From: the human T2T-CHM13v2.0 reference genome, Homo sapiens
Assembly: GCF_009914755.1 (NCBI RefSeq)
Contig: NC_060931.1
Reading direction: 5' to 3' (one strand)
DNA length: 64,000 nucleotides
In this document: positions 1 to 12,590 of the stretch, one piece after another
Layout: every line of letters starts with the position of its first letter
Numbering within the stretch: position 1 is the first letter of the stretch
Translations under genes and position numbers: made by a program
Notes under the pieces: model-generated
Told to the model about the DNA's origin: nothing
The model's database searches: none
What the model saw: the letters and a program-made list of their open reading frames with translations, nothing else

Positions 1-329
1 TTTGGAAATCCCTTGGCCCATTATCATTCCTGTTCACCTAGTTAAAGGAATCCGGAATTTGATTAAACAAATCAGTTTATGTTGCACTAACACGTGTTCA
101 CGTTTAGAACACATTATATTTAAAATTAATAGAAAGATACTAACAGAAAATAAAGACAGTGCAGGGCACATCTGTGAATGCCTCCAGGGAAAACATCCTG
201 TTACAGAGGGTCTTGTAGAATGTAGAGTAACTCCATATATACATTTGGGGGTTCTGTAAATGGTCACAGGGCACCAGGAAGCAGGAACAACATGAATAAA
301 AGCAGTATGTTTTAGGAAACTGGGAGTAA

Positions 330-760
330 CTTCAGGTGATGAGAGATAAGGACACCTGGGGAGAAGTGGCAAGAGATGAAGGTCCAAAGACAGAGGAAAG
401 TTAAGAATAGTTTTGCCTAGTGTGCAAAGTACTCTACTCAATTTAATTTTGAAGAAATGAAAAAAAATCAAAAGTTTTTAAATGCAATCATGACTGTGTT
501 TTAGAGTGATAGTGGCGGCAGTGGGTGGTAATGGATCAGAACAATTATGTTAGAATTAGCGAGGAGAGTTAGGAAGCATCGCGGAAATACACACAGAGTA
601 CGGGGCTGGTAGCAATGAAGGAGGAGAGGGAGAAATCATGCTGAAGCGGAATCAGTAGGATTTGGAGATAGTTTGGATGTGAAAAAGAATGGTCGTAAGC
701 ATCCCATTCAATAGTTGTTCTTTCCTTTGGGTATGAGATGAGTGGAGTGCCCTACCAAAC
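330..760 (-). mobile_element. L2 fragment (old)
   Basis: Purine-rich antisense L2 pattern (aatcagtaggatttggagatagtttggatgtg); boundaries approximate. Confidence 0.55.
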
Positions 761-1046
761 AAGGAAATGCTTCAGAATCACCAAAGAAGGAGGAAACCAC
801 AGTTTTTAGTCTTGAAGAGTAAATAGTGGAACTAAAGAAAACCAATTGTTAACATATCAGGGCCAAAGATATAGAACATATGATTATTCAGGTACCTGAT
901 AGTTTCTCTGGAACAGATCCATGATAACATGTGTATTGAGCAGAGATTTATAGGAAAATGTCAGATGATAATTAATTTGAATGCAATAAGAAAGATTTGA
1001 AACCAATAACAGCTAACAGGAAAAGCTGATTTAAAATATGCATTTA

Positions 1047-1125
1047 AAATGAGCTGGGCATGGTGGCGCACACCACTTGCACTCCGGCCTAATGACAGAG
1101 TGAGACTCCGTCTCAAAAAAAAAAA
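1047..1125 (+). mobile_element. Alu right arm, 5'-truncated and internally deleted
   Basis: gctgggcatggtggcgcacacc fused directly to cacttgcactcc...gagactccgtctc-A11; flanked by ATGCATTTA direct repeats. Confidence 0.88.
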
Positions 1126-2624
1126 TGCATTTATGTTATAACAAAAGTACCTTAGAGAAAGAAATATGCACTTATACCAATTAACAATATACTCCCATTC
1201 CACTTTCATTAAGTTAATTATTGTTAGGAGTACCTCTGCTGATCTAGCCAGAGTTTTATAGCTTCTTCCTTACGCACTCAGGTGTAGCAATAGAACTGAG
1301 CATTCAATTCTAGGTACTTAAAAAATAAAAAAGGAATAGAGACTTATTTGGTAAATAGTGGCAGCTACTGCCTGCCTTCACTCCCTGTCCCATGGCCAGA
1401 CACTCTGCATTCAAGGCAGTTTCCACTGGAATGAATGAGGCTGGCAAAGGATGCAGGCTTAAAAGTACCTCCTTGACTGAGACTCAACAGCAGTAGGTGC
1501 CAAGGATCCTGTTCATGAGGGAAAGGGCGGGGCATAGAGGAGCAGAGCTGGGTTTCTGGACACATGTATATAGTATGTTAATTGCAATAAATTCAGTCTT
1601 CAATCTTCTAAAATGCTCACCTTCTCAGCTTCTGAATATCAGACATGTGGGTTTATTCAGTCTTAAGAGCTACTCAGAGAAAAGAAGATTCAACTGATTT
1701 ATCTTGTTGAGGAGGACAAAGAGTTAGGTACCTTGTGCTCACCATTTTTTTATGGCTAGGTTGTGCTCATTGTTCCAAACTATCTGAGCTTCACCATACA
1801 TTTTTAAACAAAAATAAACTCAATATCCAGAACAAAATATGTTTAATATGACCTTCCCGTGCCTTTTGTATCTTTCATGGTGAGGTAATTGCATCAATTC
1901 TTTTAGAAAATTCTTCTCCATAATTAGGCGGATTCCAACTTTCCTTTTCTCACTTTCCCAGTGGAGATCACCAACAATAAAATCTCGAGAACCTCCCTGT
2001 ACAATTATTAACTATTACTTGCATCTTTGAGAGGCCAAATACAATATTTGGAGTGGTGAACTGGAGCTTTCAACTTCAGTTTTTACACCAAAGTTTTCTC
2101 AGAAAACTTGTTTGTTCATATCACCTGACCTTTACAAAGTACATGCATACTCAATTAACTCTTAGGTTCAGTGATTTCCAAGCCAGTCTCATTCATCTTT
2201 GGCTTCATAAAAAATATGCTCAAGTTGCCAGATAGCAATCAAATAAATCTTCGGGAATTGCTCTTCTTTATTTGATTGTTTCCATAATTAGGTTTTAAGC
2301 TTCTTCTCTGAAACATTAGTTTATAAATATTGAAAAACCTTCGACCTGTGTGCATATGAGCATATCTGTAGTTCCCCATTTTCATAATGATTTAGTGCAT
2401 ACGTTAGAGTCAGTACAATTACGATTGCTAACAGAATTCCAAATGTATGAACATAAATTTGGCTTCAAATTATGTAGGAAGTTTGTTTTGAAGGGCTTGG
2501 GCAGCATTAGATTGCCTGTAGAACTATAACTTAGAAAAATAAAGGATTGAGTTAGGTCAATAGTATGATAGCTTATGTTTGTCTAATTGGAGTCTGATCA
2601 TATCGGTAAATCAAAATCATTTTA

Positions 2625-3160
2625 TAAATGATTCATTTGCTAGAAGTCTTGAACTATACAGAATTTAGAACAATGAATACCATGTGCAAGAGGCAAAGTG
2701 GGATAAGGCCCATTTGCTACCTTGTGAATCTTACTATCCAGAGGGGCAATAGACTTAGACATAGCAGACTCTAGTAAGGATTGGGGGATTATTATTATTC
2801 CCAAAGGAGGGATAAACAAAGGGCTATGAAAAGGTAGTAACAATTCTGAGCAGGGTCATTAGGAAAGTCTTTACGGAGAAAGTGGCATTGGAACAAGGCT
2901 TTGAAAGACAAGGAAGTAAGAACTAAGGATGATGGCGCAGCACAGCTATCATATTCAAGTCAGAGATAATGAAGGGCTATAAGAGGCCACAAGGAATTGA
3001 GAAATCATCAAAAGTGTACTCAGGAAATATTCGTAGTTGTATGGGGTTGGTGTATGTGGTATTTATGACTGGACATTTTATCTTATTTGAGAGGAAATTA
3101 GAAGCCACTTCTGGGTGCCAAGAATGGCAAAGACAGGATAAAAAGCATGACTTTATGTAA
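2625..3160 (-). mobile_element. L2 fragment
   Basis: Antisense L2 3' region (aggaaagtctttacggagaaagtggcattggaacaaggctttgaaagac). Confidence 0.6.
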
Positions 3161-3899
3161 TTCTAGTTAGCTTTATATTTTACAGTTTCGTGTGTCAAGA
3201 CAGGAAGTTCTGCTTGATGACACTGAATAATTTTCTGGCCCCCAGTGATTCTGTAAGAAAGTATTGTTTCACATAATTATGTGGCATTCATTATGAATCA
3301 TTACGAACATTCATTTCCTTCATATTTTTTTAATTGAGTGGCTGTTAATTGCTCTCTTCACACCAAGGTCCCAGGTATAACCATTAAGGATTGTTCTCAG
3401 TCATCAATAATGCTCACTGTGTTGCAGTGAATTAGTCCACGAACATTTTCTGAAGCTCTTTATTAGGTTACTCTTATTGCATTGGGAAGACCAAAGCCAA
3501 GAATAGATGTTTTGCCTAAAATGCAATCATTAATTTTCTCTTATTGCTAGATTTCTGACTCTTACTTTGTAAATTCCCTACATGTTACCTTCGATCTAAC
3601 CATGTCTGAGAAGACATTCGAAAGATCAGTATCTACAATTTGGAGGGATCCATATGCTCTCAGTGTTATTCTTTGTAAGAATGATAGACAAGATGGTCAT
3701 CCCTTACTATCAGAAATCAGGGTCTGTTTAATAAATATGTTGAAATTATACATGGCAGTGGGAGTAGAAACAGAAAATAAAACTGTTCCTCACCAAAGCC
3801 GTGTGGCCATTGTGATATAGTGTCAGAGAAAAGAACAAATTTAGGGTATCGCTAAAAAAGACACTCAGGTCAAGACTAAGGGTGAGGCTAAAGACTAAG

Positions 3900-4750
3900 T
3901 CAAAACTGGTTGAAAGGCCTTTCAGCCAAGGCTTTTGAAACAATTAAGGTGCCTACTAGATCCTTGTATGTGCACAAAAGGATTTCTAAAAATATTAAAA
4001 TCTTGATTTTATAGAACCTGGAAACCTCCATAGTATCTGTGATTGAGTATCTAGAGAGAGACATCTCAAAAGTAAGTATGAGTATGGCTTTTGGGGCCTA
4101 CCATGTTTGGAACTTACAATGCTTTGGAAAAAGCTGTATTAGAGGAAGCATTGCCAGGCTGTTCTAAAAGCCTGAAATCATTTGAGATATGAAAAAATCT
4201 CAGGGCTCCCAGCTTTCCTCAGGCAGGGATCAAGCTGGGAAAACTGCTCAATATCCAAAAATGGTGTATTCTCCAATGCTATCTCCTGAGGTGGCCAAGG
4301 AGAATGATAGAAAAGGAAGATAATTCCAGAAGGCAGAGCTGTGGAAACTAACCAAATCACTTCCAGGAGCAGAAGCAGGGCCGCATCAAGAAACATTTCC
4401 TACCCTCAGAGGAGGGTGATCTGGCAACATTTGAGCAGCAGGATTTCACCTTATCTACAAGGCAGCCACTGTCGTGTGACTCCCATACTTCCCCTTTTTC
4501 TAATGGGAGTATTTATTACTTTTATCCTATTCCTGTTCCACTTTTGTATGTTCAGTTTGTGTTGGGCAGATAACTTGTCCTTTAATTAAGAGGTCTCTGG
4601 ATTAAGACGAATTGCATTCGGACCTGATGTAAATCACAAGATCCTAAAACATGAGGCTATGATTAGATGAGACTTTGGTGGGTCTTTAACTGGGGATGAA
4701 TGAGTTTTGCACATGAGGAGGATATGAATAAATAGAAACAAGATTATAGT
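3900..4750 (+). mobile_element. MLT1-int (MaLR internal sequence, 3' part)
   Basis: Ends gatgagactttggtggg...ttttgcacatgaggaggatatgaat, abutting an MLT1 LTR; start approximate. Confidence 0.65.
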
Positions 4751-5360
<610 letters not shown>

Positions 5361-5423
5361 ATGCTATATCCTAAGCACTATGCTATGCACTTAATTATTC
5401 CATCATTATACTCTGGATCCTAG

Positions 5424-5772
5424 TGTCTTAGTCCATTTAGGCTGCTATAACAAAATACCAGAAATGGGTGGCTTATAAACTACAAATACTTATTTCTCAC
5501 AGTTCTGGAAGCTAGGAAGTCTCACAGCAAGGCACCAGCAAGTTCAATGTCTGTTTCCTCACAGATGGCCATCTCCTCACTGTTTCCTCACGTGGCAGAA
5601 AGGGCAAGGAATCTCTCTGGGGTTTCTTTCATAAGGACAGTAATCCCATCCGTGAGGGCTCTGTCCCCATGATCTAATCACCCACCAAAGGCCCTAGTTC
5701 CAAATACCCTCATAATTGGGGATATGGTTTCAACATGTGAATTTGGGGCACACAAACATTAATACCACAGCA
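5424..5772 (-). mobile_element. MLT1A-type solo LTR
   Basis: tgtcttagtccatttaggctgctataacaaaatacc...cacaaacattaataccacagca; TSD CCTAG/TCTAG. Confidence 0.9.
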
Positions 5773-5811
5773 TCTAGTTACTTGCATTTTAATCTTCAAA
5801 TATGGAATTTT

Positions 5812-6124
<313 letters not shown>

Positions 6125-7779
6125 TTAAATACATTTGAGACTGATGAGAGCAGGTTGGGAAGACTGTAGGAGCCTGGAGAGAACCTCTAGATTCCTGAAA
6201 TACTGTCATAAATAAGTCTAGCTCTAATGGGCAGGAAGGAAAGATAAGAAAGAGGGAAGGTAAATAAATCAAAAGAAAGAACAAAATGTGGATATCAGCT
6301 CACACTAAGTGACAGACACTTCACATGTGTTCTGGTGTAGCGTGTAGTCCACCCACACAGAAAACATCCCGCTCAAGGACTTCAAGAGGTGGCACATACC
6401 ATTTCATCTACTCTGGAAAGTTGAATTGTGGCTGAAATAGACAAGGGTCTCTCTCATGAAACCCCCTTTAAGAGGAGAAAATGGCTTGCAGCCATTCTTG
6501 AATAGTCTTTTAATTTATTACAAAGCAAATTATGCCTTATATTGAATGGGTTTTAAATTTCTGCATTTTTCTTCATTAAGGAAATGTAAAAATCTTTAAC
6601 CAAGGAAAAAATTTCACCAAACTTTGTTTGGGACAGAATCTTTTTGTGCAAATATAATCCATGACTTCCTTCTGGGAAGATATTTGCAGAGCTAAAAAAT
6701 GCTAAGCATTTTTCAAGTAAACTTCATGGAAATTAATGGGACTAAAATTTGTTCTTGGAAAATCTGTTATCCATTCTTTCAGGACTCTAGTTTTTTTTGC
6801 ATTTTTTTCTTCTTTTTGTATTTGGTTTAACAAGGGTTATTCAACCTTTCTCTGTTTCTAAAAATGTCATTACCAAGACTAAAATTTTCAGTTGGCCTCT
6901 AAATGATGAAATAGTGAAATAGTAACCAAACATTTTCTTGTATGTGTCAACAGCAAGATTATAACCAAAAATATACATATAACTAAATTTCTAGTATCAG
7001 AAGAAGATTTTAACATTCGTCTGGACCAATTCCTCCTCCCGTTGTGCTGTGGAAGGCTCCTCCCCTCTTTAGCAGTTCACACTCTTTTTGCAGGCTGGCA
7101 ACTTGGGGTGTGGTATGCTCAGTTCAGCCTTAATGGACTCAGTGTTACACGATGATATTTGCAAAATGCCTGGCATGAAGAGTTACTCAATTGATGTTTT
7201 TCCTTCCTTATTTTCTCTTCCTTTTATTTCTTCCTTTTTCACTCCCACCGTTCAGAGCAAACGTGTCAAATGGTTTCAGGTCAAGAAACTTTCCCTCCAA
7301 ACATCAGGCATGTCCTAATTCTCTGCTCGTGACTTTCCATGATTTCTACTTTAATAATTGCCTTTAGAAATTATTTCTTAACAGAAATTTACTCTTTCAA
7401 TATATACATTAATCACAGAATGACTTACTTTCTCTCTGTCCATGTGGCTGACACTGCAGGTTGTTCTTTCTTGAAATGGAGCATGCTTTTTCCCATTCTA
7501 TGTGTGGAGTGTGCGTCTGTGTGGGGATGAGACAGGTGTGGGTGTTTTGTTCTAATGCCTTCAACTCAAAGAACTTCATGGCTGAGGTCAAAGCTGAGAA
7601 TAGAGCCCTTTCCACTGGGCAGAGACGTGGGTGCCAGGACACTTCCTGTCCCACGTCTTTAAAGCTTATCCCTGACAGCAGAAGCCCAGGGTTGTCCTTT
7701 CTGTTTCATGCCTCCTATGGTCTGTGCAGGCTAAAAATCACACTAATAACTGCAGGAATTCAGAAGCATGGGGACTAAG

Positions 7780-7905
7780 ATCTCTATTTTGTTGAAAGAA
7801 AAGCTGGTTCTCAAAGAGATTAGGTCAGTTTTCCCAAGGTCATCTGGCCAGTGAGTGGTGGAGGAAGACTCCCACATTGTCTGGCTGTGGAGAGCATGTG
7901 CTCGT
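7780..7905 (-). mobile_element. MIR
   Basis: Antisense MIR core (ttttcccaaggtcatctggccagtgagtgg). Confidence 0.65.
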
Positions 7906-7949
7906 CACTATTCATCTCTGTACCTACATGCCTAACGTGCTACCTAGGA

Positions 7950-8114
7950 CCTTGCTCTGCAAAGTACGGTCTACAGACCAGCAGCATTGGCATTTCTTGG
8001 AAACTTGTTAGCAATGTGGAGCTCAGGCCTCACCCCATGATATTGAATCAGAATCTTCATTTTTAATAAGATGGTCAGGTGATTTGTATGCACGTTAAAG
8101 TTTGAGAAGCACAG
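7950..8114. mobile_element. MER5-family hAT DNA transposon
   Basis: accagcagcattggcatttcttggaaacttgttag...gaatcagaatct...aaagtttgagaagcac. Confidence 0.8.
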
Positions 8115-8149
8115 ATATAGGACACACACTGTAGTTAATAGATAAAGCC

Positions 8150-8593
8150 ATGGAGAATATAAAAGAAAATTAAAAATATATGTAATACATCAAGAAGTTC
8201 CAATATCAGTCAATCAGGAGATCTAGAAAAGACTAGAGAGAACAGAGGTATGGCAGCATGCAAAGAATAAGAGAACAATTTCTTGGCATTAAATGTCAGA
8301 TTGAAAGGGCTCATTGAGTACTAAGCAGGGTAAAGGGAACAATAACAGCAACTCATACCTAGATAAATGGCAGACACATTTCAGAATACTTGGAATAAGG
8401 AAAAAACCTGTTAAGACTTCTAGAGAGAAGGAATAGATTAACTTTGCAATGAGAAACAGATATACAAGTGCAAGAAGAAAATGGAATAATGTGAAAATGC
8501 TGAAGGAAAATGTACCTGAACCTCTTATTTCATACCCAGTGAATCTATTATTCAAAGACAAGGGCAATGTAAACACATTTTCAAACATAAAAG
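8150..8593 (+). mobile_element. Ancient L1M/HAL1 ORF1 fragment
   Basis: cagattgaaagggctcattgagta and catacccagtgaatctattattcaaagacaagggc resemble the ORF1 C-terminus. Confidence 0.7.
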
Positions 8594-8595
8594 TT

Positions 8596-9130
8596 GATTC
8601 AGTCAGGATTCTTAGTGACAGAGCATAGATAACCTTGTATCTATCAAGGTTAAGCAGAAAGGGATTTATAAAAGGACTTTAGAAAGCTCACAGAACCTCT
8701 TGGAGGGCCAGAGAATGAGGTTAACAGGCTGTACAGCAGGAACAACACAGTCAGAGGCAGGGGCACTTACCCAAATCACTGCACAGGGCCATGAAGGCCC
8801 TACAATTGTATCCGCTTGCTGCTTATCACCTACGATGCTAAGAACTACATACACTGAATTCTGCCACAGCCCCCAGAGGAATTTGGTACCCCTTTCATTG
8901 TGCTTGCCCAAACATCACCTCTTTGCACTTGGCCTTCCCTTGTGATTGCACATTGCTGTCCTGAGCCTCATGTGGGAGCATCTGCTTGGTAGAGCTAAGG
9001 TCCCATGTAAATATCCAGCTTCTGGGAGGTTGGGAACACAATTTCCAGGGTGACAAACTCTATAGAACAGGAAGGCAAGCTAGAGGAGGGATGGAATCAG
9101 AGTTCAGTGAGCCAGACTACAGTATCTAGA
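8596..9130 (-). mobile_element. Old MLT1 (K-O class) LTR
   Basis: cagtcaggattcttagtgac...ttaagcagaaagggatttataaaaggac...agctcacagaa. Confidence 0.6.
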
Positions 9131-9179
9131 GCAATCCAACAGAAGATAGACAATTAAAAAGAATCATGGAAAATTGGAT

Positions 9180-9460
9180 GCACAAAATAAGAGAGGAATA
9201 AATCTAAACATATTAGTAATTGCAGTACATGATAATATATTAAGTTTATTAAACAACAGATTTGCAGACTTAAAAACTTAGTCTCAGAAGTTTCCAGAAA
9301 AGTAGATATTTATGTATGAGGCAACTGTTTATAAAAAGAAAGCATGTATAGTAATTGAGATGATAGATACAATAAATTCAAGATGAAAATCACTAAAAGT
9401 GCAAAAAAGGACAGCTCATATTGATAACAGAAATAATATATCAAAAGTATCTGAGCCTTT
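9180..9460 (+). mobile_element. Ancient L1M fragment (start of ORF2 region)
   Basis: aaatctaaacatattagtaattgcagtacatg...; apparent continuation of the L1 at 8150. Confidence 0.5.
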
Positions 9461-10519
9461 ATATTCAATATTGTTAACTAATTACTTAACTAGCTAGTTC
9501 TTAAACTGGGAAGACTTTATAGAAAATTATAGCACTGAGGGCTCAAATGAAAAAATGGAACTTATGTCTAGCATTGCAGAAGTTTTTTTTCTGTTTAGGG
9601 GAATATGTAATTATTGGGCAGACATGCAGAGCATTAAGGCAGGAAGAAAAAGGCATAAAGCAAACAGAACAAGATCATATGTAGAAACTGACTGTGGACT
9701 CTTACAAAAAAGTTCAAACTGCAGCTGACCTGACCCAAGCAAACTGAATTTCCCAGAAGAGAGCCACATAACTTGAGCAGAAAAAGAAGCAGCAGGATTA
9801 TTCAGTGAGGAGAACAAGAAGTTTATACAAAAACTTTGTTGTATGGGATTTATGCCATACTATCTCTATTTATGCTTCAAGCTACTGTATAGAAAATATA
9901 TTTAGTTTATATTCCAGAATGTAACTTCATTTTTCTCAATCAGTAAATAAAGCTATCCTTAAAATTGAACAGTGTTTTTTTAACCCATCCAAATATTAAT
10001 TACCAATTACATGATTGAATAAGTTTTTTTTTTTCTACAAAAAATGCTGTAGTGTAGTCAGACTTAATTTTCTTTTTATTTGAAACTTCTTGCTTCACAA
10101 ATGTCACTAAACACCCTAGGGTCAAGCTGGAATTTACAATCATTTTAGCAGTTTAATATTTTGGTAGGAAAAAATAATATTTCTCCAAAAATTGTCATGT
10201 TATACTTGGGAAGTTCAGAGACTGTTTCTGTGCCCCCAGTTCTCAGAGCATCCTTGTCACCTGGTGGAATGCTCTCCTGCTTGCTGTTGATAAACTGCAG
10301 GGCGTCAGTTGAGCCTCTTCCCTTTAGGTTACTGTTTGAAGGTCCGCCTTGTAGGGAGTCACTGTGATCAAGGGACACAATTTAGCATCTGATAAAAATC
10401 AGAGCATGGTAGAAGTTCAAATTTCCGTTCCCTTCATTTGAAGGCATCTGTGTTTTACAAGTCCCTTGTCAAATGTGGCAGGTAGCAGTTGAAAGGATGT
10501 CTTCCCTTCCCGCTGCCAG

Positions 10520-10750
10520 TTTTATTAAGGTAGAGTTGACAAATAAATATTGCATATATTTACAGCATACAATGTGATATTTTGATATATGTTTACATTG
10601 AGAAACAATTGAATCAAGCTAAAGAACATATCCATCACCTCACATACTTATTTTTTTAAGATCTAGTCTCCTAGCAAATTTCAAGTATACAGTCCATTGC
10701 CATTAATGATAGTCACCACGCTAAACAATAGGTCTCCAGAATTTTTCATC
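10520..10750 (-). mobile_element. L1MA 3' end
   Basis: ttgacaaataaatattgcatatatttacagcatacaatgtgatattttgatatatg...catatccatcacctcacatactta. Confidence 0.85.
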
Positions 10751-10779
10751 AAGAGGATGGGTTTTAAAATAACATATAC

Positions 10780-10960
10780 TAGCATTTTAATCTAGACTCT
10801 GCTACTTTGTGGCTATATAAATTTAAGCAAGTCATTTACTCTCTCTGAGCCTCAGCTCCTAGTCTGTAAAGTAGACATAATAACAACATTCAGTTGTCAG
10901 GATCAGATAATGAGATAATGAGTGTAGAGTACCTGACGCAGTAGCTATTAAAATGAAATA
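10780..10960 (+). mobile_element. MIR
   Basis: gcaagtcatttactctctctgagcctcagctcctagtctgtaaag core. Confidence 0.75.
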
Positions 10961-11819
10961 GCTATAGAAGTCCTTGAAAATAATTTCTTAAACAGTTAGC
11001 TGGGAGACCTCCTAAATATCTTTATAGTTGTTTATCTATTGATGGTGAGTGGAGCCTCAGGGACCCAATGAGAGAAAAAATAAAATTGAGGATTAGAGAA
11101 GTAAATTGGAGCCATTCACCTACAAGGACCTTACCACTGATTTCAGGTCTCATTTTGAGTATTTTGACAATATGAATTTAAGCATTAAAGCTGAGCCTTT
11201 AGGGGTAGCAGTTCCCCTTCCAAGAACTTTTTCAAATGAGTTAATTATTTGCTATGAACCAGGTACCCTCTATACGCTTGGGACATATCAATATATAAGT
11301 TAAGCCAGCTAAATTGCAAAGATGTATTACAGTCATCCTTGTAGTATAATTTATGTTATGAGTCCAGCCTGAAGTACAAATAAAACACAGCTCTTATTTT
11401 TCAAATACAGTCTGATTTGATCACTTCTATGATTAAATTAGCAGCAAATGCAGTACATCTTTGGTGGGGATGAGGCTGGTGGGAGAGTCCCTCTTTCTTC
11501 TAAAATGTTTATGAAAGCTATAGGTTTAGTCAGTCCAAAAGGGGCTTTTATAACTTCCGAAAACTTTGTAGAGAAAGAACCAGAAAACATGTTCTGTTTA
11601 CAGACATTTTTAAGCTGCTATTGTCACTGTTTGTTTCCTGTGGTTATTCCAAAATCTTCTCCTGAAAGGCATAGTATCAGTCTGCACAGTTGTGATGATG
11701 ATGATGACATCGGTGGTGTCAGTTCAAATCTCTGTGTATGCCTGATGGATCTTCAAACAGGGCATCAGTTCACACAGCATTATTCACGGTGAATAGCACT
11801 CCATGTCAAAGCATTAGTA

Positions 11820-11930
11820 ACAATTTATCTCTAGGCCCTGGGATTATGGATAGTTTCATTTTTTTCTCTTTGCTTATCTGAATTTTCTAATTTTTCTATA
11901 ACAGCATGGATTACTTTGTATTAATATTTT
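11820..11930 (+). mobile_element. L1ME 3' terminal fragment
   Basis: gggattatggatagtttcatttttttctctttgcttatctgaattttctaatttttctata. Confidence 0.6.
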
Positions 11931-12389
11931 AAGTCAAGAAAAGCCTATTTTAAAGTGAACTTTATCAGTTACATTTAATGTGAAATTCCTCTTCTAGAGC
12001 TGATCAAGGAGAGAAGATAAGGCATGGATATTCAGTTTAAAATGGTGAGATTAAACTTTTCCTTTATGTGCTAGTCTTTTATTCAATAAGTAATTTGGAG
12101 CACAGCTTTTGTCATGGGGAAAATAGCTGACGGGGAGACATGGATAGAAAAGGGACATGACCCTATCCTCATAGATTTACAGACTGGTCACTGGATGCTG
12201 GTGACACATGGGGATGTTTTCATTTGCTAAAGTAAAGTGGAATGATGACTTTATACTCTGCATGTGGTGGCTCTGCCATTAGACAGTAAGTTTCAAATGG
12301 CACTAAGTCAGGCATAGAGGAATCCCTCAATATTCATGGGTGTTAGGGAGAGGGAGAGAGTCTTGGTGGATAGATGCAAGATGAGGGTC

Positions 12390-12590
12390 AGACCTTCCTG
12401 GGCTCTGATTCTCTGCTCCTTCTGTCAGTTCATTGCCAAGTGACCTTGGATTAGTTACTTAATTCTCTCTTCATGGCTCTGTTTTCTCATCCCCAGGTAG
12501 AGAACCATAATAATACCTACCTTGAAGTGATGATATAAACTACATGACACAGAGTACTTGCTTCACACAGCGTTGGAACACACAGAGCTG
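12390..12590 (+). mobile_element. MIR
   Basis: gtgaccttggattagttacttaattctctc...ataataatacctaccttg. Confidence 0.7.

Noticed and set aside
34-471. 145-aa minus-strand ORF
   Set aside because: No recognisable domain, partly overlaps L2-like sequence, composition typical of a chance ORF
11448-11792. 114-aa ORF with a DDDDD run
   Set aside because: The acidic run comes from a short (GAT)n repeat; no homology recognised and no convincing splice framing
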